Positions 54,900 through 63,968 of a stretch of 64,000 nt of DNA are shown here, piece after piece. The DNA is taken from NCBI GenBank assembly GCA_026389025.1, contig JAPLIQ010000022.1, forward strand, positions 1,946 through 65,945, written 5' to 3'. The number at the start of each line of letters is the position of its first letter. Within the stretch, counting starts at the first letter, position 1. Source of the DNA: Candidatus Babelota bacterium. Its GTDB lineage: Bacteria > Babelota > Babeliae > Babelales > Chromulinivoraceae. Position numbers and translations under genes: made by a program. Under the pieces are notes generated by a model, which saw only the letters and a list, made by a program, of their open reading frames with translations, was not told where the DNA came from and made no database searches.

Positions 54900-55934
54900 T
54901 TAAAAAAGATTTTTCAGTTGTTCATGCAAAACTTCAGGTGTGAAGTCAGCTTGTTTGATAATTTTAAACTGCTCGGGATTTTCGACCTGAAGCTCTAAGA
55001 CATTTTTAATTTGGTGATTGGTATTAGCAGTTTCATGCGGCACAGTAATACAGTTTTTGCCAAAAAACTTAATTTCGAACAAACTTCCAGCTCCTGCGCG
55101 TGAAATAATCAAATCAGCAAGGTTATAAAAATCCTGCAATTTTTCATGGTACCCAAACACTTGGCTAGGTATCCCATGCTCGCCATACAGCGCAGCGTAA
55201 TCAAATGGATCGCTTTTACCAGTTTGATGAACAATTTGAATTTTATTTCTAAGCCCTGGATATTTTAAAATAGTTTCTTTCATGACGTGATTGAGGAGTA
55301 TCGATCCTTGAGATCCCCCTAAAATTACAATCGTTTTGCGGCTAGGTGAAAAGTTATACTTGTCGAGCAACGCTTCTCTGGCAAAAACTTTATCATTCGC
55401 TGTGAAGCGAATTGGATAGTCAAAATGAACACAGGTGTTTTTGGGAAAATATTTTTTGGTTGACTCAAAGCAGGTGTACACATTTTGCGTAAACTTTGCT
55501 AAAAATAGCGTTGCTTTTCCTGGCTCAACGTTAAGTTCATAGATTTCAAAAGGAATTCCTAAGCATTTTGCTGCCAGGCAGACTGGGATAGAAATGAATC
55601 CTCCAAAGCTGATAACCTTTTGAGGTTTTAGTTTATAAAGCTTGTAAAAACTTTTACAGAAATACCAAGCAGTCTTTATAGCAAAAAAGGGTAGTTTCCA
55701 CAGTTGTTGGTACGGTGGATTATCTAAAGTGGTTGGGATGTAATGCTGCAAGTTTTTATGCTTGTCGATAATTGTTTTATCCAGGTCGCCGCCTGATGAA
55801 AAAATATACAGCTCTGCGCTTGGATACTGCTGTTTGATTTGAGCAGCCTTGGTAATGCATGGTAAAAGGTGCCCGCCTGATTTTCCGGCAACAAAGCAAA
55901 TAGTCATGGCGGCGTTTAAGAGAATCGGTGACAT
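54900..55934 (-). CDS. murG: UDP-GlcNAc:lipid I N-acetylglucosaminyltransferase MurG
   Basis: GKSGGHLLP (G-loop), LGGSQGS and SRAGAGSLFE. Confidence 0.85.
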   Translation of the reverse strand: MSPILLNAAMTICFVAGKSGGHLLPCITKAAQIKQQYPSAELYIFSSGGDLDKTIIDKHKNLQHYIPTTLDNPPYQQLWKLPFFAIKTAWYFCKSFYKLYKLKPQKVISFGGFISIPVCLAAKCLGIPFEIYELNVEPGKATLFLAKFTQNVYTCFESTKKYFPKNTCVHFDYPIRFTANDKVFAREALLDKYNFSPSRKTIVILGGSQGSILLNHVMKETILKYPGLRNKIQIVHQTGKSDPFDYAALYGEHGIPSQVFGYHEKLQDFYNLADLIISRAGAGSLFEIKFFGKNCITVPHETANTNHQIKNVLELQVENPEQFKIIKQADFTPEVLHEQLKNLF

Positions 55935-56353
55935 GTTTGTAAAAACCCCTGTAAAGCTTTAGATAGTTCTGGATCTTTAATGTCGCACAAAGCTTGCTCC
56001 TCTTTGGCTGTAAGTATTTTTTGTTTATACGTTACGGGTGTTATGGCTTCTTTTTTTTGTGAGCCCGCTGCGTGCTCAGACACATATTTGAATCGAATGA
56101 GCTCGATGCGCGGTGTGTCTAAAGTTTTATTAATTTTATCTTTAATGAGTTCGGATAAAAGGTTCAATTCTTGCATCCAACATGAATCCGTTACGCCAAG
56201 AGTGATTGAGTTATTATAAATTTTGCAAATCGAGACTTTGCTGGCCAGCGAACCCATGATGGTATTCCATTGGCTCATGATCTGCAGCTTCCACTGCTTT
56301 TCATGATTAAGTGTTTGCATAAATTTTGGTAAAAAACTCTTTATATGATCCAT
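55916..56353 (-). CDS. DUF721/DciA-like protein
   Basis: W..IMG..A..VSICKIYNNSITLGVTDSCWMQELNLL...I..KIN......IELIRFK follows the DUF721 pattern. Overlaps the murG start by 19 nt. Confidence 0.55.
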   Translation of the reverse strand: MDHIKSFLPKFMQTLNHEKQWKLQIMSQWNTIMGSLASKVSICKIYNNSITLGVTDSCWMQELNLLSELIKDKINKTLDTPRIELIRFKYVSEHAAGSQKKEAITPVTYKQKILTAKEEQALCDIKDPELSKALQGFLQTCHRFS

Positions 56354-56612
56354 TTTTCTTACTTTTTAAATCGAACATAATTTTGTTTAGTATATGAAGT
56401 TTTAGAAAAATGTTCATGGTTTTTTATAAAAAGATAGATTTAACTGAATTTGGACCGTTTATGATAGCGTTATCGAACTTAAATGATATTTAGAGCACCA
56501 CTTGCCTAGTCGTATCTAAAGAATTGGTCGAAGAAAACAATAAAAAATCCTTCTGGTATTGCTTTTTGAGGATGCAGATTAGTATACTCATGGGTAAATG
56601 GGGGGTTTTAAT

Positions 56613-57215
56613 ATGGAAAAGAAAAATTTTCTTACAGCATTCATGATAATTTCAGGGTTTTTATTGTTGCCAATCGGGCTGTATTCGCAGCTAGAGCACG
56701 TTTGTGCTTACAGCAATGAGTCGGTTGTTAAGTTTAGAGATAAAGCAGATAAGTATTGTGACATTGATAATTTCACCGGTCGGTCAAAGGTTCTTTTCGA
56801 TTGGCCCGTTGATTTGTGTGAATTTTGGGTCAGCTCTTTATTTGGACCGCGTAAGCATAATGGCGCTGTCAAGCATCATGGAGGTGTTGATTTAGCATCG
56901 GTAAAAGGGACGCAGGTTAAATCCTCTGAGCGTGGAAAAGTTGTAAGGGTGGAGGAGAATGCTCCTGGGTATGGAAACTTAATAGAAGTTCAGCATAAAG
57001 GTGGATTTTTGACTCGATACGCCCATCTTCATAAAATGCATGCTCGCATTGGCGATACGGTTCGAAAAGGTGAGGTAATCGGACTCGTTGGTTCAACCGG
57101 AAACGTTCGAGGGAAAGGAGATCCTTCACATCTTCATTTTGAAATTGTTAAAGACGGAAAACGCCTTGATCCTTTGATATATTTATACTGTTCTGAGATT
57201 GAATTTCAAAAATAG
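56613..57215 (+). CDS. M23/LytM-family peptidoglycan endopeptidase
   Basis: HHGGVDLA (HxxxD), GYGNLIEVQH, GSTG, and HLHFEI (HxH). Confidence 0.85.
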   Translation: MEKKNFLTAFMIISGFLLLPIGLYSQLEHVCAYSNESVVKFRDKADKYCDIDNFTGRSKVLFDWPVDLCEFWVSSLFGPRKHNGAVKHHGGVDLASVKGTQVKSSERGKVVRVEENAPGYGNLIEVQHKGGFLTRYAHLHKMHARIGDTVRKGEVIGLVGSTGNVRGKGDPSHLHFEIVKDGKRLDPLIYLYCSEIEFQK

Positions 57216-57274
57216 TAAAATTTGGTAGACTGGGGTTATAAAGTATAATTCCAGTCTATTAAATTTAGGGTCAA

Positions 57275-57487
57275 ATGAAAAAAGTTTGGATAGCTCCTGG
57301 CTGTATCACATGCGGACGATGTGAATTTATAGCACCTGAAGTCTTTGAAGTGCTTGATGTTGCCTATGTCAAAAAAGACGCTGATTTAGTTAAAAATGAA
57401 AAAGATATTTTAGAGGCAGTCGCAACCTGTCCGGTCAATGTGATTAACTATAATTCTGATAATAAATCTACCGACAAAAGTGGCTAG
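57275..57487 (+). CDS. small single-cluster ferredoxin
   Basis: 70 aa. CITCGRC...CPV cluster-ligand pattern. Confidence 0.75.
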   Translation: MKKVWIAPGCITCGRCEFIAPEVFEVLDVAYVKKDADLVKNEKDILEAVATCPVNVINYNSDNKSTDKSG

Positions 57488-57648
57488 TACAAAAATTAAA
57501 TTTGATTTTAGAGATGTATTTGTTTACTCTTAAAGAGTTCATTTGTTTAAATTATTTTAGAAATTAAGCGTAACCTCCATTTCCCCTATCCTGATATTTA
57601 TATCCGGGTGGGGGGTTTTATTTCCCTCCCCAATTAAAGGCCTTTTTG

Positions 57649-58668
57649 ATGAAACGAATGTATCCAGAGCGTAGTTATGGAAAGTTTGTTTGCTGTGATG
57701 GATTGAATCATGAATGGTTTGTACCTGTTCTTAAAACGCTTATTCATTCGATTAAAGTCTGTTTTTTCAATCAAGAACTCAAACAAGATTTAAAAAAATT
57801 CGTAGTAACTCCTTCATTTCAATCACGCAGTCAAGAACCAGTAATAACATGGCTGGGCCACTCAACCTTTCTCATACAAGTTGGTGGAAAAAATATTTTA
57901 ACCGATCCTATTTTCGGATCTCTTTCTTTAGTTTTTCGTCGTATTGTTCCATCGGTAGTTTCAATTCAAGATCTACCAGAAATCGACTATGTTTTAATTT
58001 CGCACAATCACTTTGATCATATGGACAGTAAGGCCCTGTGTGGTTTAAAAAGCAGATTTCCAGAGATGAAAGTGTTGGCACCAATGGGTGACAAAGAGTG
58101 GTTTGATAAGCATCAATTTTTATATGCTTCTGAGCATATGTGGTGGGATGAGATTGTTGATGACCTTAATCCAAATATTAAATTTACTTTTTTACCAGCC
58201 AATCATTGGTCGCAGCGAACTTTGTTTGATAAAAACAGATCTTTGTGGGGCAGTTGGATGATTCAGGCAGATGATTTTAAAATCTATTTTGCCGGTGATA
58301 CCAGCTGGGGTCCTCACTTTGCACAAATTGGCAACGTGTTTAAAGATATCGATGTAGCACTTTTGCCTGTTGCTCCTGGCGAGCCTCGATCATGGATGAA
58401 AAGTTCGCACATCAATGCTCGTGAAGCTGTTGAAGCCTTTATTAAGTTAAAAGCAAAAACATTTATTCCTATGCATTGGGGCACGTTTCATTTAGGATTT
58501 GATGATTTTTATACACCTATCTCGCTTTTAAAGCAGTCATGGCATGAGCTGCGAGCAGAGCTGAAAGATAAGCATTTAAATGTCATGAAGTTTGGCGAAA
58601 TGCTTACAGGTCTTAAGCAGCGCATCGTCTTTGCGGTTCAACAAGGAATCAAAGAAATTTCTTTATAA
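57649..58668 (+). CDS. MBL-fold metallo-hydrolase (NAPE-PLD-like)
   Basis: ITWLGHSTFLIQ and SHNHFDHMD (HxHxDH). Confidence 0.75.
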   Translation: MKRMYPERSYGKFVCCDGLNHEWFVPVLKTLIHSIKVCFFNQELKQDLKKFVVTPSFQSRSQEPVITWLGHSTFLIQVGGKNILTDPIFGSLSLVFRRIVPSVVSIQDLPEIDYVLISHNHFDHMDSKALCGLKSRFPEMKVLAPMGDKEWFDKHQFLYASEHMWWDEIVDDLNPNIKFTFLPANHWSQRTLFDKNRSLWGSWMIQADDFKIYFAGDTSWGPHFAQIGNVFKDIDVALLPVAPGEPRSWMKSSHINAREAVEAFIKLKAKTFIPMHWGTFHLGFDDFYTPISLLKQSWHELRAELKDKHLNVMKFGEMLTGLKQRIVFAVQQGIKEISL

Positions 58669-58685
58669 AAAGTATTATTTCTATT

Positions 58686-59135
58686 TTAGCAGCAACAGCA
58701 GGATGAATCAGAAGATTTTTCAATCTTATTCATAATTTCAATAAATTCAGAATAAGTCATCTGTTTTACTATGCATACGTTTTGATTTTGCTCGGCATAG
58801 GCATTACCAAGAGTTATTTTTATGTGAATCATGCAACGATTATCATTTGCTTGTGTTGTTTGTGTAATGACAACGGTATCTTTATTTTGAGAAACGTTTG
58901 ATTGAGACTTTATTAATGATGCAAGTCTATAATCGCATTGCAAGGCTCGATCGCATAGATACTCTTTAAGCTTAACTTTTTCTCTGTCTAAAAATCTTGT
59001 ACTTATATCTTCAAAAAAGGGCGCTTCTCTGTCCAAAAGCCTTACGCTTGAGTCTTGCAGGTAGTTTTTTTCCATTGTTTGAATGTGTGTGGTCATCATG
59101 CTAAAGCTTAATGCTGCGAGTAACAAATGTTTCAT
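58686..59135 (-). CDS. hypothetical secreted protein ending in CCCC
   Basis: Start at the ATG at 59135 (MKHLLLAALSFSMM...). C-terminus ...KSSDSSCCCC*. Confidence 0.5.
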   Translation of the reverse strand: MKHLLLAALSFSMMTTHIQTMEKNYLQDSSVRLLDREAPFFEDISTRFLDREKVKLKEYLCDRALQCDYRLASLIKSQSNVSQNKDTVVITQTTQANDNRCMIHIKITLGNAYAEQNQNVCIVKQMTYSEFIEIMNKIEKSSDSSCCCC

Positions 59136-59189
59136 GTTTATCTCTTTTTTGGATTTAGTCATAAAGGCAACGCTGCAATTTTTTAATGT

Positions 59190-59591
59190 TTAGCGACAGA
59201 ATAAACCAGCATTTGATACCTGTCTGCCTGTGATATCACAGAACTCCTTCATAGTAAAAACTGTCGTAAAAGTTATTATTTCTTGAACATAATCAACATC
59301 ATTCTCATAGAGGTACTTAACAGTTTGTACTTGTACTGCAAGGCGATGAGAATAAATATTAAGAACAGCTTTTACACTGTCCGTTGCTGTACTTTGTGAT
59401 GTTAAAATATTGTTGGGTTCAACATCGTTAAATTCTTGGGTTGAAAAGCAGTCATTATAAAATTTATCTAAAATAACTTGTTTTAGCTTCTGTTGATCTT
59501 GAATAGAAAGGTTGTAAGGTATTTCATTGCTTGCTTGAATGCGTGCAGCTACAAAAGAAAAACTGAGTAAAAGTAAAAATGCATATCTCAT
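59190..59591 (-). CDS. hypothetical secreted protein, distant paralog of 58686-59135
   Basis: Start at the ATG at 59591 (MRYAFLLLLSFSFVAARIQA). The track extension would overlap the cysK 3' end. C-terminus ...NAGLFCR*. Confidence 0.5.
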   Translation of the reverse strand: MRYAFLLLLSFSFVAARIQASNEIPYNLSIQDQQKLKQVILDKFYNDCFSTQEFNDVEPNNILTSQSTATDSVKAVLNIYSHRLAVQVQTVKYLYENDVDYVQEIITFTTVFTMKEFCDITGRQVSNAGLFCR

Positions 59592-59604
59592 AATTGTTTC
59601 TTTA

Positions 59605-60519
59605 TTATTTAGCGTAAAAGCCTTTTGATAAGTAAGCTCGACCTGAATCACCAAAGATGATGACAGCAACATCAGTTGGCTTCAGCCTTGGTGCGTAGGT
59701 GTAAGCTGCATAAGCAACGGCGCCACTGCTTGGCCCAACTAAAAATCCATACTCATGAGCTAATTTTTTCATCATATCCATGCCTTGCTCATCAGTCACT
59801 TCAATAAATTCATCAATAACTGAATTATCAAGAACCAAAGATTCAGAGTCAACGCCCATGCCTTCAAGCTTGTAAGGTTTTGGATTACCTTTAGTTGATC
59901 TGTAAGAGTTTGCAGCATCAACACCAATGACTTGAATGTTTGGATTCATTTCTTTTAAATATTTTCCAGCGCCACTCACTGTTCCGCCAGTTCCTGCAGC
60001 AGCAATTAAATGCGTAACTTTGCCTTCTGTTTGTTTCCAAATTTCAGGACCAACTCCATAGTAATGTGCCGTTGCATTGAGTGGATTACAGTATTGATTT
60101 GGCATGTGAGAGTTTGGCGTTTCTTTGCTCAGTTTTACCGCTTGTGAATGGTAGCTATTTGGGTCTTCTAAGGATGGTCCAGAAGGAAATGTTAAAACTG
60201 TTGCACCATAGGCCCTGATAGTATCCATTTTTTCTTTGCTGTGCTTATCTGTTGAGCAAATGATAACAGGATAGCCCTTGATTGCTCCAATGAGCGCCAA
60301 AGCGATTCCATGATTACCTGATGAAGCATCTATGATGGTCATTCCTGGCTTTAAAAGCCCTTGCTGCTCTGCCCACTCTACCATGTACAAAGCAGATCTG
60401 TCTTTGATGCTGCCGCCTGGATTTAAATATTCTAATTTTGCATAAATTGAACCCGGAGAGTTTTCAAATATTTTAACCAGGAGCGTATCGCCGATAGATT
60501 GAAGCAGAGAGTTTTTCAT
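59605..60519 (-). CDS. cysK: PLP-dependent cysteine synthase / CBS-family enzyme
   Basis: GGSIKDR (PLP lysine), SSGNHG and GTGGTVSG. Confidence 0.8.
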   Translation of the reverse strand: MKNSLLQSIGDTLLVKIFENSPGSIYAKLEYLNPGGSIKDRSALYMVEWAEQQGLLKPGMTIIDASSGNHGIALALIGAIKGYPVIICSTDKHSKEKMDTIRAYGATVLTFPSGPSLEDPNSYHSQAVKLSKETPNSHMPNQYCNPLNATAHYYGVGPEIWKQTEGKVTHLIAAAGTGGTVSGAGKYLKEMNPNIQVIGVDAANSYRSTKGNPKPYKLEGMGVDSESLVLDNSVIDEFIEVTDEQGMDMMKKLAHEYGFLVGPSSGAVAYAAYTYAPRLKPTDVAVIIFGDSGRAYLSKGFYAK

Positions 60520-60544
60520 GAGGACCTTTATGCAGTGTAGTTTA

Positions 60545-61492
60545 TTAATAAATCAATATCATAATTGAAACGAGAAGCCCATAAATAGCAAACGAATCAA
60601 TCATTGCTAGTGCGAGCATGGCAAGCTTTGAAAGAGCTGGATACAGCTCAAGATGCAATCCAATCTGAGTGACTGCAGCAGCCCCAGTTCTTCCAGAGTT
60701 TACACCTGGAGATAGAGTGCTTAGCCCCATACAGAGCGCTGAAGCAAAAAATTGCCAGCCAATGAGCGGTGAGAGAGAAGCTATGTCTTGAGTTAAAATC
60801 ATGAACGAAATAATAAGTGAAAATATGACCGGTGTTTCAATGACTGCTTCGCTAATGAATGTAAAAGTTACAATTTTACTATACGATTTTTTATTGATGC
60901 CAATAGCGCTCAATGCTGCAAATGCAAAGACACAAAGTCCAATAGAGGGACCAACGCATCCCAGTCCAATACTCAGACCACCAGAAAAAAGCTGCATAGC
61001 TTGATTAAAAGTGGTTGTGGTTGTTAAGTTTGCCTTAATCATAAAGCCGACAATTAAACCAAATATGTTTGGCGTCATGATCAGTGTTTGTGTAATGAGC
61101 ATGAGGTTTAAAATTTTAGTTTGCATGAATGGTTGCCTTGCTAAACTTTTGCATGCAGCAATTGCAGGAAAAGATGCAGCTATGCCGGCGCACAGTCCTG
61201 AAATTCCTACAGCTATCGCTATTCCTGCTACGCCAAAATTAGCAAAATACGAATCAAGCATCACAGCTGGATTACTGAGTAAAAGAAGTGACATTAAAAA
61301 TCCCATTAACGCAGCAGTTTCAACAATTGCAGAGCCAATGATACAAAATTTGACAATATTGTTAGCTGAGGTTGGTTGCAGCTGCATTGCGTGCAGACCA
61401 TGCTTACCAATCAGTCCTTGACCAATGCTGGTGCCAATTGATGAAAGTATCAATGGAATGATAGAGAATAAAATATAAAAAATGTCTGTCAT
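60545..61492 (-). CDS. atpE: F-type ATP synthase Fo c subunit, four hairpins fused (8 predicted TM)
   Basis: Four ~79-aa c-like units: (1) IGQGLIGKHG..MQLQP..AIVETAALMGF; (2) ..SLARQPF..TLIMTPNIFGL; (3) ..AVIETPVIFSL; (4) ..LAMIDSFAIYGLLVS. Lies directly downstream of atpB. Confidence 0.75.
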   Translation of the reverse strand: MTDIFYILFSIIPLILSSIGTSIGQGLIGKHGLHAMQLQPTSANNIVKFCIIGSAIVETAALMGFLMSLLLLSNPAVMLDSYFANFGVAGIAIAVGISGLCAGIAASFPAIAACKSLARQPFMQTKILNLMLITQTLIMTPNIFGLIVGFMIKANLTTTTTFNQAMQLFSGGLSIGLGCVGPSIGLCVFAFAALSAIGINKKSYSKIVTFTFISEAVIETPVIFSLIISFMILTQDIASLSPLIGWQFFASALCMGLSTLSPGVNSGRTGAAAVTQIGLHLELYPALSKLAMLALAMIDSFAIYGLLVSIMILIY

Positions 61493-61500
61493 ATATTTCT

Positions 61501-62259
61501 TTACGGAATTATAGCGATATTTGTAGCATCTTGCTCTTCATGAACAACTTCCATGGAAAGATAGGTTGTCGTCAGCATCGTAAATACAAACGCTTGAATC
61601 AATCCTTCAAAAACTCCAAAAATCAAAAGCATAGTAATGTTTGCTCCTGAGACAAGACCGATTGTTTGCAGCAAAACTGAACCAGAAAGCATTCCTGCAT
61701 ACAGTGAACTGATGACAAATCCTCCAAATATATTTCCATACAATCGAAACGATAAAGAAATAAGTGAAGACAAAAGTCCAACGACATGAAGTGGAAACAT
61801 GAGAAAAAATGGATCAAAGTAATGTAAAATGTATTTTTTAATTCCTTTTGCTTTGACTGCGTTGAAGTGAACATACAGCAGAGCAATAAGACTAAGGGCA
61901 AACGTTGTGTTTAAATCTTTAGTTGGCTCTTCGCACCAAGGAATTATTTGTATTGTGTTGCACAGTAAAATAAAGGTGAACAGTGAGCCAATGAGCGAAA
62001 GATGCTCAATCGGACATGAGTGAATTGATTGAACGAGTAAGTCTTGAAATGCTTTTACGTATTGTAAAACCGCATACCTGACAAGACTATTTTCATTTTT
62101 TAAGCATCGGAAAATATAAAAACCTGAAATCATTAAAAGGCCAAGAATAATCCAGGTGTCGATTAAAATTTCTGAGTTTAAAGTCCAAAAATCTCCATGA
62201 AGACCAAACTCTGAAAATGGTTTCCATGTGAGGTGAGTTAAAGCATTCTGATTATGCAT
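61501..62259 (-). CDS. atpB: F-type ATP synthase Fo a subunit
   Basis: LSFRLYGNIFGG (essential Arg) and QAFVFTMLTTTYL. Confidence 0.9.
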   Translation of the reverse strand: MHNQNALTHLTWKPFSEFGLHGDFWTLNSEILIDTWIILGLLMISGFYIFRCLKNENSLVRYAVLQYVKAFQDLLVQSIHSCPIEHLSLIGSLFTFILLCNTIQIIPWCEEPTKDLNTTFALSLIALLYVHFNAVKAKGIKKYILHYFDPFFLMFPLHVVGLLSSLISLSFRLYGNIFGGFVISSLYAGMLSGSVLLQTIGLVSGANITMLLIFGVFEGLIQAFVFTMLTTTYLSMEVVHEEQDATNIAIIP

Positions 62260-62286
62260 GATTATCTCTTTAAATGTTACTGAAAG

Positions 62287-62565
62287 CTACATTTTGTAAG
62301 CTAAAATTCCTACGCTGCATAGGTAAGAGGATACAAACAATATAGTCAGAAGTATAGAGTTGCTTGCAACAAATGTTGAGATCGTATAAAAAAACAAAAT
62401 TAAGAGCGAAAAGCGCAGCAGAGTAAAGATAAAATCATATGCAGGCTTGCTGTGTGCGAGTGAATATTTTTTTCCAACGTAGAAAAGAGAGCCGTACATA
62501 ATTCCGCTTAAAATCGTTACGATACTTATAAAAAACATATTTGAAATCATAAATTTTTGACCCAT
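62287..62565 (-). CDS. AtpI/AtpZ-like small membrane protein (assigned by position)
   Basis: About 92 aa with 3-4 hydrophobic segments, upstream of atpB. The start at 62565 has a GAGGA SD; the track start at 62598 has none. Confidence 0.45.
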   Translation of the reverse strand: MGQKFMISNMFFISIVTILSGIMYGSLFYVGKKYSLAHSKPAYDFIFTLLRFSLLILFFYTISTFVASNSILLTILFVSSYLCSVGILAYKM

Positions 62566-62612
62566 CTCTTCGTCCTCGTGCTCGACACGGGGATACATGT
62601 GTTTATTTTTAT

Positions 62613-63968
62613 TTATAAATTATTGCCTTGTGCAAGCTTTAAATACTCAGAAATAATTGCTTGAGACCCTGCGATAACGAGCAGATCATGTTTATCTTCT
62701 AGCTCTGCAGAGATTTCTTGAAACGCTGATTGAAAATTGTGATGCTGAGCCGTTTTGATTTTGTTGTATTGAGCCAAACTTACTAAATGTGCAAGATCCC
62801 AAGGGGTGCCTGTTTTTTCGGCAATAGTATTTGTGGCTCTGTAAAAGCTAAGAGTTCCTGAGAATTTTTTAAAACATGAGTGAAATAGTTTTATAAACTC
62901 ATCCTCATCGCATTGCTGCTTGGTGCTTCCTACGATAAAAAAGATATTTTTAAATGAGTGTTGATAATTTAAAAGTCGTATGCCTAAAAATAGGTTACTA
63001 AAGGCATCCAGGTTGCTTGCATTGTCGAGTAAAATCGTTTTTTCTTTTTGATTAATTATTTGAAATGTGTTTGGAATTTCATTATTAATTGATTGCCAAA
63101 ACTGGGGAGAGGAGAGATGTAAGGTTTTTATATTTTTGGGATCTATACAAGCTGTAGTTGAGCCAGAGGCAAGATTTACAGAGAGTTTCTCTAAATATAA
63201 TTGAATGATTCGGTCTGCGAGTGCTGCGCTTCTACCAAACAATTGTTCAAAAGGATAAGCGAGTGGAGCGACTTTTCTGATCGGCATAACCCAAACACCA
63301 TTTTTTTCTATGGTTCTTTGCTCCATTTTAAGTAAAAACAAGGTGCTTTGGTTCGCAGAAATAACATGAGTTTGAGTGGAAATGTGATCGATGATGTTAT
63401 CAATTTTTTGACGAATAGATTCTGGTGAGTTTTGCACAATTCGAGAAATTCCCAAAATAAAAGGTGTGCAGATAGTGACAGGATCACGCTCAACCATGTC
63501 TTCTTGCTCAAAAACAGCTAAATCAACTTTTTGATCGTTAAAATAAATTAAAGCCATGGCGGTTAAAATGTCTTTGCTTGAAGCGTTAAGCTTTAATTCA
63601 CCGGCAAGGTTAATAACTTGGTTTGCAAGATCTGTAAATATTTCATTTGTAATTTTAGCGTTATTTACAGCAAAACGTTCGTTGTAAGATATAAAATGTG
63701 GAGATAAAAAAGTTCCAATTTTTATACTTTTCGTTTCCGATATTTTTTCAAGATAATGAATGGTGGTGCTTTTGCCGCTTGTTCCAGCAATGATGACAGA
63801 GGTTAATTTTTTAGAGAGGTTACCGAGCGCTTGGTCTAATTTTTCAGTGACGGCGTGAGGGCTTTTTTTCCAGTTTGCATTGAGGTATGCAACGATTTCT
63901 TGGTATGTTTTTTGGGGATGAAGTAAGAGACCTGTTTTTGTTTGAGATATTGGATTAATCTGAGGCAT
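62613..63968 (-). CDS. Mur-ligase-family enzyme, FolC-like (folylpolyglutamate/dihydrofolate synthase)
   Basis: 451 aa. P-loop IIAGTSGKSTT (versus GTNGKGS). Overall FolC-like length, but divergent. Confidence 0.5.
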   Translation of the reverse strand: MPQINPISQTKTGLLLHPQKTYQEIVAYLNANWKKSPHAVTEKLDQALGNLSKKLTSVIIAGTSGKSTTIHYLEKISETKSIKIGTFLSPHFISYNERFAVNNAKITNEIFTDLANQVINLAGELKLNASSKDILTAMALIYFNDQKVDLAVFEQEDMVERDPVTICTPFILGISRIVQNSPESIRQKIDNIIDHISTQTHVISANQSTLFLLKMEQRTIEKNGVWVMPIRKVAPLAYPFEQLFGRSAALADRIIQLYLEKLSVNLASGSTTACIDPKNIKTLHLSSPQFWQSINNEIPNTFQIINQKEKTILLDNASNLDAFSNLFLGIRLLNYQHSFKNIFFIVGSTKQQCDEDEFIKLFHSCFKKFSGTLSFYRATNTIAEKTGTPWDLAHLVSLAQYNKIKTAQHHNFQSAFQEISAELEDKHDLLVIAGSQAIISEYLKLAQGNNL

